Shown: positions 9,501 to 22,699 of the stretch, one piece after another
Position numbering within the stretch: the first letter of the stretch is position 1
How the letters are laid out: each line of letters opens with the position of its first letter
Source of the DNA: Antechinus flavipes
Taxonomy: Eukaryota
DNA length: 64,000 nt
Assembly (NCBI RefSeq): GCF_016432865.1
Contig: NC_067400.1
Location: forward strand, 166,160,001 to 166,224,000
Direction of reading: 5' to 3'
The notes under the pieces: generated by a model
Told to the model about the DNA's origin: nothing
Databases searched by the model: none
Seen by the model: the letters and a program-made list of their open reading frames with translations, nothing else
Position numbers and translations under genes: made by a program

Positions 9501-12500
9501 TAAAATAATTTAAAAAACATATCCCTAGAACCCAATAATTTTGCCAAAAACTTTAATGTTAACAACTTGCTTTTCTGGGTTTTCAGTTGCCATGACTGTT
9601 GAGCAGACAAGAGGCTATAGCACATTTCCAGTGGCAGTTGCCAGGTCAAATCTTTATAAGGGTTTTTCCTCTGGACAATGACTATAGGGCCTATTCCAGA
9701 AACAAAGATGGTAATCTGGAGATGAGACAAGTGCTGCTACTGGTGGGGTTCTTGGAAAATACAGGAGAAAGAGCTACAATGGTAGGAAGGTTTAGACGTA
9801 CAATAAACCTCTTATGTCAAAAACCTTGGTCTCCCTCACACATTAGCATCTGTGCTGTTAAAGTCCCAGTCCACCACCACCATTGCCATTATTTACAGAA
9901 TCATATATCATGACAGCTTTTCTTTGAGCCAAGGCTAGATGACCTCTTCAAGGTTAGCCAGGCAAACATTAAGCTGGATGCTAGGCAACTTCCTTGTTCT
10001 CTCACTCTCCTCACTCCCAGGAAAATTACAAAAAGTAACATTTATTTTGGGGGAACTTGCCATGTTCCCTTTTCAACCAAACTTTCCCTACTCTTAAACT
10101 CCCTTTAGTGTGGACATTCTCAGTCTCACTTTCAGTACTCAATTCTTTTCCACTAAGATAGCTGATAAGTTTTTGAATGATCTATTTCTCCCATGGATAG
10201 TTTCACAATTAACCAAAGATTCTCTACACCTGAAAAGCCTTCAAGAAGAAATGAATCTCCCCAAGACTGACTGATAGTAGAGATATTTGAAGAAGAGAAG
10301 AGGGATTTTTTGGCACTCTTTAAATCATACTATGCAGGCATCTGATTATTTTGTTTATTGGTAACTGATTCCAGCAGTTAATCGAGCTTAGAGAGGGGGA
10401 CTGTGAAACAGGTAGATCTGAGCTTAAATGTCAACACTTTGGACTTAAGTTCAGGAAAATAAAGAAAATACTAGAAGATGGTGTAGTATGAACACTGAGG
10501 AAGGGCAAGGCTTGGCCTATACTGCCCATTGAAGAATAGACAGCTTTGTTCACTGGTATGTCTGGCATCTTTTTCCCCTGAGGAATTTTATCCTTTCAAT
10601 CTACACAACTGAAATTTCATTCACTAAAATATTTCAAGGTATACAGTTTTGAATTCCATGGGGTCAGAAGCTTGTTCTGTCTTTCTTTCCCCCCAAATAG
10701 GACAATAAGTGTGAGCTGATATTATGTGCATACATCTTAGATCTGAAAGCAAAAAGGCACTGAGTTTGTGTGTTCTACCATTAGCCAGTAAACTTTGCTG
10801 CACTTACTAGAAGGGTGTGACTTGTCAGTCTGTGCTCTGGGGGATTTGCAGGATTTCAGTGGGAGTTAGTCAGGAAAAGATGAAGTCCACATTTCAACAA
10901 TTTAAATATAAATACAGTTTTGTTCTTGGCAAATGAGCATTACAAAAACTTTCTGGCATTTTACAGTCCCCCCTTAGCCCCCCCCCCCAAAAAAAAAAAA
11001 AAAAAACCCAGACACACACAAAACTAAGCAGGATTCTAGAATGACCTTTCCATGCCAAAGTCTGGATTATGACTTTATAAAATAAAAACTGTTTCATAAA
11101 AATTTTATTCATTCAAAAATACTGTATTATCATTGCTTCTAATTAAAAATGAAGTTGCTGGTGTTTTTTTCTTCTTCTTTTTCACATTATTATTTTCATA
11201 AGATTGAGAGTTGGAAAAAACCTTTAAAACTATCTGATCTAATCTCCTTATCTTACAAATGGGAATTTGAGATGCAGACAAGTGAAGTGTCTTCTCATAT
11301 CTATAATAGGAAGTAGGGACAGGATTTGAATCTATTATCTCAATCTCCCAATTCAATATTCTTTCCACATCATTCTGCTTCATTTGCTCATAAATTGACA
11401 AACTGTAGTTGACAAATTAGGAAAGAATGTAAATAATACAAAATAGTTGATTACAGTCTTATCATGAGTTACTAAATGAAGTCCATTGAATAGAATTTAT
11501 TAAATCATAAAGCTGAGAGAGAGAAAAGGATAGTATCCCTTTCCTAATCTATTCACAGGGATATGATATTTATACAAACATGTATGATATAAGATAATAT
11601 GTGAAGGGATGATGGACATATTCAAACAAGACAATTAGAAAATGTGAATAGAGAGGATTTTTTATTATGGTTTAAAAAGGCATTGTAAAGGAGGAAGTGG
11701 TATCCTGAAGGAAGACAAAGGCTTCAAGACAAATGTTTGCAAAACATTTTGCATGTTATTTAATTTTCATTAAAAATCCTGTAAAATAAGTACTATTTAT
11801 TATCCCTACTTTGCTGATGAAGAAACTGAGAATGAGATAGATTGAATGGCCTTCCCAGGATCATATAGCTAGTTTCTAGGGAGTTTCTAAGGGAAGAGTT
11901 GAATTCGTCTTCCAAATTTCAAGTCTAGTTCTCTATCTGTTACACCATAGGTAGAATGTTAGAGGTAGGATTTGAACTCATTAATCAAGTGAGAGCAAAA
12001 CAAAGAATAGATAGAACAAAGGTAGAATAGGTCGAGTCAATTTGTGGTCCACTTTTTGATCTGATCTGCTTTAATAATCCTGATTCTATAAAATATAATT
12101 ATTATTTTAAAAAATCTTAAAAATTTAAAACTAGAAGGGATCTTAGAAATCACTCACTTTGTTTTTCTCATCATTGAGATTACATTATTTATACAAATGT
12201 TTCTTTCATAACTTACATTTGCAATTCATTTTTTTTTCCTTTAATAAGTGATAAAATTACTTACCTGGGGCCAGATGAAAGATTTCAGTAATCTACAAGA
12301 CCCAATATCTCTTGTCAGGATGTTTTTTTTTTTTTTTTAAATAATAATTAATCAAGGGAAAGAAATTCTGATTTTTTTTTTCCTGGATTCTCTTTTCTTA
12401 TCTTCTCACTGATGGTTCATCCTATTAAAGATCTAGTTCTATCTCTATTGATCATGTTAATAAAATAGGAATTTCAAAATAAATCCCAGGGTTTAAGTTA

Positions 12501-12569
12501 TGTTAGACTGACAATGGTTTTCTCTTTGGAATGGTTCAGAATATGTATCAGTTTGTTTTTTCATAATAA

Positions 12570-12730
12570 TTGTGTATTCTTCCCCCTTCCCCTTCCTTTT
12601 CCTCCTCTCTTCTTTCTCTTCTCCTCCCCATTTTTCATCTCCCTTCTTTCTTCTTTCCTCTTCCTCTTCCCCACTTTTCCTCTCCTCCCCTCTTCTCCTC
12701 TATTTCTCCTCTTCTTCCTCTTCCTTCTTT
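12570..12730. repeat. Polypyrimidine/polypurine low-complexity tract (CCT/CTT-rich)
   Basis: About 160 nt of almost pure C/T on the plus strand. Confidence 0.9.
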
Positions 12731-14674
12731 ATTCTTGTCATTTTAAAGTATATAATACTTGAATATTTGCATCTTCCAAGGGCCTGTTTTAAGACTAATG
12801 ACTTTGACTGATTTTATTTTCTTCAATAATTTTATAGGATATCATTTAGCAATAGGATATGGTATGTGCATGTGTGTGTGTATATATGTATATATTTATA
12901 TAACTAACAGATACAACAATAATAGCTATGATGCGTATACTGCTTTAAAGTTTGCAGAGTGCTTTATATATGCAATATCAGTTGATCCTTACAACAATCC
13001 TGAGGTAGATGCTAATATTATTACTGTTTTAAGGGATGAAAAACTGACTATGAGACAAGGTAGGAGGATGAGTTTTGTCCAGGGTGACACAGTGTGCAAG
13101 CTTCTGAGGAAGGATTTGTACCCATCTCCCTGCTTTCTTGATTGACAATGCCTTCTATTTTATATCTAGCTACTTCAAGCCATTTTGCTGTTATTCTAAT
13201 TCAGATTTCATTCTCACAGATCCAAAGATCTAGTCAGTCACTTTGTGTTTGCTACATGGCTTCCCCTGGCAACCATCTGTTATCAGTAGGTAGTTTAATA
13301 TTCCTTGGCCACTTTTAGTTGCTTATTGCAGCAGCTCATTAAATCCTAAGTCAGGTTCTGAACTTCTAAAAGAATGAGGAGATCTGTAATGATCCACAGC
13401 TGTCCTAGGAAAGACTCAGACGCTTCAAGAAAGTCTGAGAGTCTCTGAGCAAACATTGATTTGAAAAGTAAACTCTTTGAAGGCATAAACTGGGTCTTGC
13501 ATAATTTTTATATTTTCTCAAGGACCTAAAATAGTGATTTACAAATTATAGGCATTTTAAAAAATGTTTGCTGAGTAAATGAATGGAATAATTTGAATGA
13601 ATGAATCAATGGCTTTTCTGACCAGAAATTTATTTGCTGGCTCACAGTAACTCATATCAGGCCTCATCACTGTTAATGGAAAGTAGATTTCAGATATATA
13701 TTTTTTTCCTTTTGAAGGGAAATATGTAATTATTTTTTTCACATATGAATTATAGAATGATTCATAATCTTAATTTTTATTCTTTAAAGCTTTCATGATC
13801 TGATGAAGATCCTCAGAGCCTTAAATTTTTTGTTTTTGTTTTTGTTTTTTTTTCGAACCATGTTGGCAGCTCCACTCCTTGCTTTTAGAATGGTTTACTC
13901 TAGACTTTACACGATATTAAAATTGTAAGAATAAATGTACTGCTTGGTTTTGAGTGAGTGAATAAAAAATGAGTATTTCAATGCAGAGTATATTTATGAA
14001 ATTCATCATAATTTTCAAAATCATGCTTTCTGTCTCTATGTAGAGACATTTATTCCTATCCATTTTTGGTCCGGTTAGGCAGAAAAATTCCTGCCTCAGC
14101 ATCCTAACTTATGACATTATCACTTTAGGAAAAGTAGGAAGAAACTTTGATATATTCATATGGCAATTAAATTAAGGAAAAAGATTACTGTCCATTAGTC
14201 TTACTTATTGTACTAAGCCATCTGTACTTGTAAAAGTAATAATAAACAATGGTAACATATGTCATCTCCACTCAGATGTTTAATAATAATTAGATAATGA
14301 TCCCTAAAAAATCACTTGTTAACCATGATAATTGATTAAAGATAATTATTTTTGCAATAAATAATAATCAATGATTTCTAACAGCAATAATCTTATTTAT
14401 TTATTTAGAATGCTGTGGCCACAGCAAATCGAGGCAGCTGTGCTGGAAAATTAGTAATTTTTTTGAACTAATGGCTGATTTTTCACTAATCCGAACCCAA
14501 GAATGGTCTGTTAGGTTTATAATAAGTGTTTATAATATTTTAAAAAGTGAAAGTGCTATAAATATCCTATCTGCTAGTTTGCTATTAAAAATAAATTACC
14601 TTAATACAACTTTTAACTATATTTAAAATGTTTAATGATTAATCTGACAAAAGCCAGAATAAATGTGGGCATTT

Positions 14675-15172
14675 TGTTAGAATCCTAGTGATAGCTCAAT
14701 GGAATTGATAGAAACAATGCTTGTGTTTACATCTTTGAGAGTTCACACATTAGCTCACACATTAGAGTTCACAAGTTGGGAGATTTCAGTATTCAGTATG
14801 AGATTCACGAGTTTACACCTTCCATAATCCCACTCTCGGAGGAGGAGTCAACCTTTAAGTTTACACCTCTGAAAGAGCATAAAAAGAAGCTGAGTCAGTG
14901 GGGTCAATCAGTTTGGAAGATTGCCAGGAGTCAGAGTTGAGCTAGAGGCAGAAGCTGACAGAGGCAAAAGACTAGCAACGAGAGCTCTCGAAACCAAAGA
15001 ATGCTAACTGGGCTATTTAGGAAGAGACAATAAAAGATTGGATTTTAATCCCTGGATGCATTTGAGGTGATTATTGATTTGAACCGAAACTAAGGCTTTC
15101 TCCAGAAGCCCCCCAAGAAATCTGCTCCCAGAGAACAATCATATATTATATAAAAAAGAAGTGAACACAACA
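14675..15172 (+). mobile_element. Solo LTR (family C)
   Basis: tgttagaatcctagtg...acacaaca; flanked by attt at 14671-14674 and 15173-15176. Collinear with 3323-3934 but lacks its extra U3 block. Confidence 0.85.
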
Positions 15173-16289
15173 ATTTCACAACAAGTGAAATTGTGCTGAC
15201 AAAATGCAAAATTTCAATTCTGGAAAAAAAAATCAGTCTAATAATCTATCACACTTATATATTTTTTCCAAATGCATCACCCATGATTTTAGTTTTGGAC
15301 AACCTACTAAGCCATTTCAAGAACTGATGTGTAACATTAAGAAGTGATATTTGCTATAATAAAGAGGTGACTAACTGAATCATATACATTTCAGTCATAA
15401 AATCTTTTGGAATACATATACCTCATAGCAATTATTCTGTTTTTATGTACTAGAAAAATGTTTAGGACCAAAGAGAGGCTTCAGAATACTTATGAAAACT
15501 CATGATTATCTCAGGAAGAACTCAAGATTATCTCCAGGAAAACTCTACTTGGAGTTCCATATTCAATAGGTAGAAAGGGCCTAGGAATTGCTTCAGGAAT
15601 TGTTACTCATCCTTAATACTTGTCTTGTCCTGGAAATACACAGTGGGTTTGATTTGGTCTCAGGTTTAGTTCTTGTGCAGCTAAACTATTTATAAAGGAA
15701 TCATGGTTTTTCAAATTTAAAGGAGCAAAGAGAATTGAGAGAATGGAAGTTATCTGACTTTTCCCTCCCCCATCCCACCAGAAGCATAAGAAAATGGCTA
15801 GAGGAATGTGCATATTGTTATATAGGATGTTGAAAATTTTCAGATACTATAGAGTTTGACTTCAAAAATTTAATCCCTCTTCTAACCTTCACTTGCCCAG
15901 GTGAAAAAACACCTCCACCCCAACTTATAACCCTCCAATTCCAAAAAGTGATCTTTATATGGTAACATTGCTAGTGCTATTATTCCTTTGACTATTCTGA
16001 ACTTATCATTGACCTTCTAAAAATGGATCACCAGAATAAATAACATGGTTCCTTACTGATTATTAGATAATTTATGAGACCTTAAGAGTCACACAAAAAC
16101 TTCACATTGTGAAGATGGGGTAATAACTACCTAGAAATAAGAAATGATTTATTTAAAGTCATACTGTTAGTAAGGGGCAAGAACTAGAACTTAGATCTTC
16201 TGTTCTTTGGTCAAATGTACTTTCTAACCTATGTCATGTTATTGACATGTGAGTTTATAATTATAGGATTTTTGCATTTTATTTATTTA

Positions 16290-16945
16290 TTCATTTATCC
16301 TTTAATTTAGTTATCTATTTGGGGGTTCTCATCTTTTTTCATTATTTAAGATTTTATTTTCCCCCAGTTACATATAAAACAATTTTTAATATTTGTTTTT
16401 AAAACTGAGTTCTAAATTTTCTCTCTTCCTCCCTCACTACTCTCCTCCCCATTGAGAAGGCACATGTGCAGCTATGCAAAATATCTCCATATAAGTCATG
16501 TTATGAAAAAAAAAAAACATAGATTTCCCTTCCCCCCAAAACCCCACAAACAAACCAACCTCAAGAAAAAAAAAGTGGGGAAAAAAGTATGTTTCAATCT
16601 GCATTTAGATACAATCAGTTCTTTCTCTGAGTATGGATAACATTTTTCATCATAAGTCCTTCATTGTTGTCGTGGATCATTATATTACTAAATGAAAATA
16701 GGAAAGTCATTCACAGCTGATTATCTTAGAAGATTACTGTTACTTTGTGCACAATATATTTTACTTTTCATGAGCTCATGAAAGTCTTTTCAGGTTTTCC
16801 AGAGAGCAGCTCTTCTTATAGCACAATGATATTCCATCATAATCACAAACCACAATTTATTCAGCTATTCCCCAATTTATGGGCATTCCCTCAATTTCCA
16901 ATTCTTTGCCATGAGAAAAGAGCTGTTATAAAAAATTCTGTTTAT
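16290..16945 (-). mobile_element. L1 3'UTR fragment
   Basis: T-rich head, then ccccagttacatataaaacaattttt...gatacaatcagttctttctctgagtatgg. Similar to 57116-57830. Confidence 0.75.
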
Positions 16946-17474
16946 ATATATATATCTTCTTAGGTTCTTTGCATTTTAGAAACAGAAATTTCCATGTGCC
17001 CCTTGCCTTACAATAGATGTAGTAGACTGATGAAGAGAACTTGATCATCTTGATGAGAGTAGAGGGAGGAGGAGACTGAGATCTAGAGAATTTAGATGAT
17101 GTATCCAAGGCCACACAGCTACTTTGTGGCAGAGTTAAGATAAGAATTTAGATCTCCTAATTCCCATTTCAATGTTATTTCCATCATAACATTCTTCTAA
17201 TGTAAAGACATCTTGGGTCATAAACCCCTCAATAACATCAATCAACAAGAAAATATTAAGCACCTGTGATGTTCTCGACACTGAGAATATACACACACAT
17301 ACAAAATTAGAGACAGTCTGAGACAGACAGTCAGAGACAGAAAGGAGAGAGAAAAGTGAGATACAGAGAGGGGAGAGAGACAAACATACACAGAGACAGA
17401 TAATTTCTACTTGTAAGAAATCTGCATTTTTGTATTTCTGATGTTCTGATGGTTTGAAAAAATATATGAGTTTT

Positions 17475-17748
17475 TAAATAATCTCATACTAAAGAATGAT
17501 TGGGTGAAACAGCAAATTATAGACATAATTAATAACTTCATCCAAGAAAACGATAATAATGAGACATCATACCAAAATGTATGGGATGCAGCCAAAGCGG
17601 TAATAAGGGGAAATCTCATATCTCTAGAGGCCTATTTGTATAAAATAGAGAAAGAGAAGGTCAATGAATTGGGCTTGCAACTAAAAATGCTAGAAAAGGA
17701 ACAAATTAAAAACCCCCAATCAAACACTAAACTTGAAATTCAAAAAAA
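17475..17748 (+). mobile_element. Internal L1 ORF2 fragment (endonuclease-RT linker) with a 19-bp TSD
   Basis: Translates without stops as ...KQQIIDIINNFIQENDNNETSYQNVWDAAKAVIRGNLISLEAYLYKIEKEKVNELGLQLKMLEKEQ. The identical 19-mer gaaaaaatatatgagtttt lies at 17456-17474 and 17749-17767. Confidence 0.9.
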
Positions 17749-17939
17749 GAAAAAATATATGAGTTTTATGGAAAGGTTCTATAAAACTTAAAGTGCAATA
17801 TGAATATAAAGTATTTTTGTGCCTCTGGATCTTAGTACCTGCTGCCCTAAGAATCCATAATGTTATTGAGTAAAATAACCTAAAAGGACTCTATAAATAT
17901 TTTTTATAGATTAAAATCATAACCATAATTATGACCAAA

Positions 17940-18377
17940 CATGATGACCACATATTTAAAAATAGCCGGAGTCAGGAATTCAGGTTAAGGGAAAAATCTT
18001 CAATCTTTATTGTAGTGAAGAGATGAAAAAGGATTGCGATAGCAATATGGGCAAGAAGGAATGCGATAGCAATATGGGCAGCTGCAACAGGAAGCCAGCT
18101 AGCAGAGGGGGATTGGAGATGAAGGGCCTCAGCGATAGCAATGCGAGCAGCTGTGACAAGATGCCAGGCAGCAGTCTCTCCTTCTGCTTTCCTTTCCATT
18201 CCCTTGCCTCCACTCACTAAAAACGTCATTTCCTATATAACACATCAGGACTTGCACAAAGAGTGGGCGGGACCATTCTTTCTCCAAGCATATATATTAA
18301 TAGAGTATGGTCCAATTACTATTTAGTCTCATGTGCTTGGGACCTCAGTGCATCAACTCAAGCCTCAGCCCATTACA
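17940..18377 (-). mobile_element. Solo LTR (family B) with 6-bp TSD, ERV2/betaretrovirus-like by TSD length
   Basis: The minus strand starts TGTAATGGGCTGAGG; AATAAA at 18006-18011; accaaa at 17934-17939 and 18378-18383. Internal repeats gcgatagcaat occur three times. Homologous to 59832-60264. Confidence 0.85.
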
Positions 18378-18573
18378 ACCAAAGCTCATCTGAATTAACT
18401 TATTGCATGTGCATATATCCATATGTGTGAATTCATATTTCATAATTCATTCATGTGTATGTGGGAAATTCATATTTCATACCTATGGGTGGATGAGGGG
18501 AGAAGAAAGATTTTTAAATCTTTTTTTTCTGCCTTTAGGAAATTTGGAATTTCAATTAAATTTGATAAAATTT

Positions 18574-19122
18574 TGTTGTTACTGAAAAAGGGACCCCAAA
18601 ACTCTAAAACTCATTGAAGGAGAAAATCTTCAACTCTACCTCAGTGAGGGAGCCCGCCCAAGGGAAACAAGACAAAACAGTTTCATCCTGTTATCTAATT
18701 GGGATTGGTTCTGTCCTGAGCAAAAAAATTCCAACCCTATTGAATTAAAGATACTCATTCAATTCTATTCAAATTCCAGCTCAAGCTGAAACCCAGCTTG
18801 TACATGAGCCAACTTGGGCTGTCCCAGCCCCCACTAAGACATCCAATATAATGGCTTCCTTCAACAAAGGTCTTTTGCAAATGGACCTTGGTAGCTCACT
18901 CAGCTGCCAGGACTTCCTATCCAGTGAGAACTGCATTCTCAATGCAAAACTCCATTTTCCATGCAAAACTCCATTTTCCATAGATCTGCCACTATAGAAG
19001 TCAGTCTCTTGGTAAACTGATTTCTATCTAACAATAAACTTTCATTTTGCAACTAACAATTCCGGAGTGAGTGAATTCTTTCATCCTAAAACCTGCAGCC
19101 AATTTAATGGGGATTCTTAACA
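18574..19122 (+). mobile_element. Probable solo LTR (family E)
   Basis: tgttactg...ttaaca ends, aataaa near 19035, 19-bp tandem duplication at 18942-18979. No TSD found. Confidence 0.5.
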
Positions 19123-21104
19123 ACTCTCTTATAGCCACTAATCTAGACCACTCAAACAGCATCATTACTACATGAAAAACATATAAAAATACTAACAACT
19201 AGTATTTATATAATATTTTATTGCCCTTTACATATAGTATCTTTTTGTAACAACATTGATCTTTGTAACAACACTGAAATAGATGCTATGATTATTTTCA
19301 TTTTACAAATAAGGAAGCTGAGGTTGAGGAGAGAGGGAAACAGACAGAGAGACAGACAAAGAAACAGACACAGAGAGACAGAGGGAGAGACAGAAACAGA
19401 GAGAAGGAGAAAGAGAGAAAGTTAATGAGTTGCTCAGAGTCTCCCTGATAGGCTATCAATTCATGTCTTCCCAGTTCTGGCTTCATTCCTTTAAACCACT
19501 GAGCCATTTAGCTGTCTCACAAAATAGAAGAATATTTAAGCCTAAAAGTCCTTCTCATTAGAATTTTAAGGAAACTAGTATATTTCAAAGCTAAAACAAA
19601 ACAAAACAAACAAATAAACAAAACCCTGCCTTCCCACAGTCTCACATCTTATTTTTAGAGAAATAATTGTCTGAATGTTTTTTCAGGAAAAAAAGCCTTA
19701 TGCTATATTTTTACGTTGTCAGACTCAGTTATCGGGATCCATCAACTCCCAACTCTGCTGTCCTACAATGCAATATTATTACCTCTAAATGGAAAAAGAG
19801 AAGGCAATATCTCAGAATACCTTTATGTCATCCCAGTGCTCTGTAGACAAAGAAATCCTATTTTCAAAAGCCTAGGCTTTCTACTGTTATGCTTTGCAGA
19901 AAAACAAAACGAAATAAAAAAATCCTACAACAAAATTTCTTTCTAGTTCTAACAGCTGTTAATTTTGTGGTTAAAAAATAAGAGAGAACTTGCAAAGATA
20001 ATCAAGAGTATGCCAGATGGTTAGATTGTAAGAAGCCACTGGCTGCCCTGAGGTGAAGCAAGAAGGACTCAGAAAAGACTGAGTAACGTTGCAAGCCAAG
20101 ACAAGCTGGAGTAAGTAATGAGTGACTACATACCCGTACTTTACAAAATTAATATATCCTTTGTTTCCTGAGATTCCCTCACAATATAAGCCTGTATAAG
20201 TAATTGCATTGCAGTGGTAATGAAAGGGAGGGACTGTACTGGGGAAGCAAAAATAGAAGGAAAAACCAGAAATCTCAGGAGGATATTTACAGAAGAATTC
20301 CTTCTCATTTCAGGGGAGTTGAACCTCAAAAGTTATCCAGTAGAAGAAGAATCAGCTAGAAAGTATTGCATTCAGGATTTTGTAACACTTATATAAATAT
20401 ATCCTATCCCATATTTCCTTTAAATTCTCAGTAGGATTCAATTTAATACAATCAATATTCACCAGGTACCTGCTACATTCAATTCATGGTATTAGGTTTC
20501 TGTCTTTCCACTTCTGCTACAATCAGTCCACTTCAGAATCTTAAATTTCTTCTTTTATTAATCAATTAACAAACGTTCCAGGCTCTATGCTAGGTTCTGG
20601 GGATTCGTGCTTTCAGTCTCTTTTCTTTCCCAACTGTCCTTCACTCTTCTGCCCTGGACGCTTTCTTATTCTATTCATGTCATTCCTTAATAATAGGAAG
20701 CTACCCCCTCTGGGCTACCTCCCCTACTTGGCATTCCCAAGTTTTAGGTTGAATTCCTAGGCAGTGACTACTACCTCAAATTCAAGGAACTTTGCAGATC
20801 TTTGCTATTAATACAATATCTCACAATGCCATCCATCTCCTATAGCCAACCTTATTATTGTCATTAGCCAGCATACATAATTAGCTCAAACAAAGGCATT
20901 TCTAAAATAGCATAGGAGGAATAATAACTACAAAATATTTCTCCCCTTTTCCACAGACCTGGCACACATTCTTCTACATCTTGACTTACCATAAGTGGTA
21001 AGGGTAGGCAATATACCTAGGGGCTGCTCTAAGAGGCAAAATAAATCTTATTTATTGATTGATTGAAAAAGGACAAAAGAACCAATATGTCTAACACAGA
21101 TGTT

Positions 21105-21478
21105 ATTTTTTAAATTTCTTTTTCCCCAATATATGCATACATATTTATACAATTATTGTGCTACACAAGAAAAAATCAAATCAAACCAGTTTAAAAAAGA
21201 GAGAAAAGAAAAAAGAGAAGCAAAATAAAATGCAAGCAAACAACAACAAAAAGAGTGAGAATGCTATGTTGTGAACCACATTCAGTTCCCACTGTCCTCT
21301 ATCTGGGTGTTGATGGCTCTCTTCATCATTGAACAATTGGAATTAGTTTGAACCATCTCATTGTTGAAGAGAACCACATCCATCAGAACTGATCATCGTA
21401 TAATCTTCTTGTTGCCAGGTATAATGATTTTCACTTAGCATCAGTTCATGTAAATCTCTCCAGGCCTCTCTGAAATCC
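21105..21478 (-). mobile_element. L1 3'UTR fragment
   Basis: aatgcaagcaaacaacaac...cattcagttcccactgtcctc...ttcacttagcatcagttcatgtaaatctctccagg. Similar to 51000-51565 and 36366-36900. Confidence 0.75.
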
Positions 21479-21569
21479 TGCCAAAAATGCTATTCTAAGG
21501 GGAAGAAGCAATAGGACACTAGGAAGAGAGAAAGGAATGTACCTTTGGCACTATATGGCCCAAAGTTCC

Positions 21570-21740
21570 TTTTTCAATCAAGAAACACTTAGTAATTGCT
21601 TACTATATGCCCACCACTCCCCACTCCAAATAGCAGGCGTTATGTAAAGCAAGGGGAGATAAAAGAGGCAAAAGATAATCCTCACCCTCAAGGAATGATA
21701 GTCTAATGAAGGAAACAACAAGCAAACAAATATACAAACA

Positions 21741-21793
<53 letters not shown>

Positions 21794-22120
21794 AATAGGA
21801 AATAATTAACAAAAGGGGATACACAATTAAGTACGGTTGGAAAAGCCTTCCTGTAGAAGGTAGAATTTTAGTTGGGACTTAAAGGAAACCAGTAAAGAAT
21901 GAGAAGGGATAGCATTCCAGGCATGAGAACAGACATGAGCTAAGAGATGAACTCATTTTCTTTAGATCAAAGAGTATGTGGCAGAGTGCAAGGTATAAGA
22001 AGGCTAGAAATTTGAGAGACTAAGTTTTAAAGGGCTTTAAATGACAAACAGAAGATTTTGTTTTTGATTCTAAAAGTGATAGGGAGCCACAGGAGTTTAT
22101 TAAGGGGGATGACATAGTCA
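21570..22120 (-). mobile_element. L2 3' relic containing a (GT)n microsatellite
   Basis: L2 3'-end motifs (aaacacttagtaattgcttactatatgcc...; gtatgtggcagagtgcaagg). (GT)n at 21745-21789. Confidence 0.6.
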
Positions 22121-22699
22121 GATCTGTTCAGTTTATATCCTAATTACAGGGATAATTCTCTTTCTAACTTTCTATAACTCTGCAGTCGGGGTCAGTCTCC
22201 TCAGATCTGCCTCTGCTTCTATTGACTATCTTTTCTGATTCTGTGTACCTATAGTCATGATATCAAGAATGGATGAGGAGATAAGGAAATTGCCCTCTCT
22301 AAAAGGGGGGGCAATCTATCATCTGATAAAAGCAAAGAGTATCTTCTCTCAAGAGCGAAATTCTTTCTCTGTTACAGATCATTCTCTCTGTTGCCAGGGT
22401 TCATACTTCACAATTGTCTCCTGAGTCCAGTTTTTCTACATAGCTAGCTTTTTCTTTTCAAGCTTCCTTAGGGACATGGATAATCTTTTGCAGGCAATGA
22501 CAAACTAATTCCATAAAAAAGAAAATCTTCCCTTTTAACAGTGAAAACTTTTCACTTTGTTTATAACATCAATATCTTTTTATCTCCATTATCTTTCTCT
22601 TCTGTTATTTCATCAACTGTGTTGGATACTGTCATGGAGGCTCCAAATCAGCCCCCACCCCAGTGTCATATAACTCTCCTTCCAATCTCTTTTCTTGGG

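Noticed and set aside
9599-9913. 104-aa ORF in unique DNA
   Set aside because: Non-ATG start, no recognisable domain and no convincing splice pair; this length is expected by chance.
12250-12300. Strong minus-strand donor CAG|gtaagt near 12270
   Set aside because: No credible acceptor upstream and no recognisable peptide in any frame.
12514-12811. Phe/Leu/Ser/Pro-rich ORFs
   Set aside because: Artefacts of the pyrimidine tract.
14411-14426. Perfect 16-bp palindrome tgctgtggccacagca (and an 18-bp near-palindrome at 14031-14048)
   Set aside because: About one perfect 16-mer palindrome is expected per 64 kb (4^8 = 65536).
3323-15172. The two family C LTRs as ends of one 11.8-kb provirus
   Set aside because: Each has its own flanking duplication, and the interval holds L1, SINE and unique DNA with no gag/pol/env remnants.
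18040-18160. Spaced direct repeats gcgatagcaat
   Set aside because: Internal LTR repeats in a eukaryotic sequence; not a CRISPR array (three degenerate units, irregular spacing, no cas genes).
19956-20110. Possible plus-strand exon (ctaacag| ... GA|gtaagt)
   Set aside because: The one plausible reading frame I translated stops early, and there are no partner exons. It cannot be distinguished from chance splice-like motifs without RNA data.
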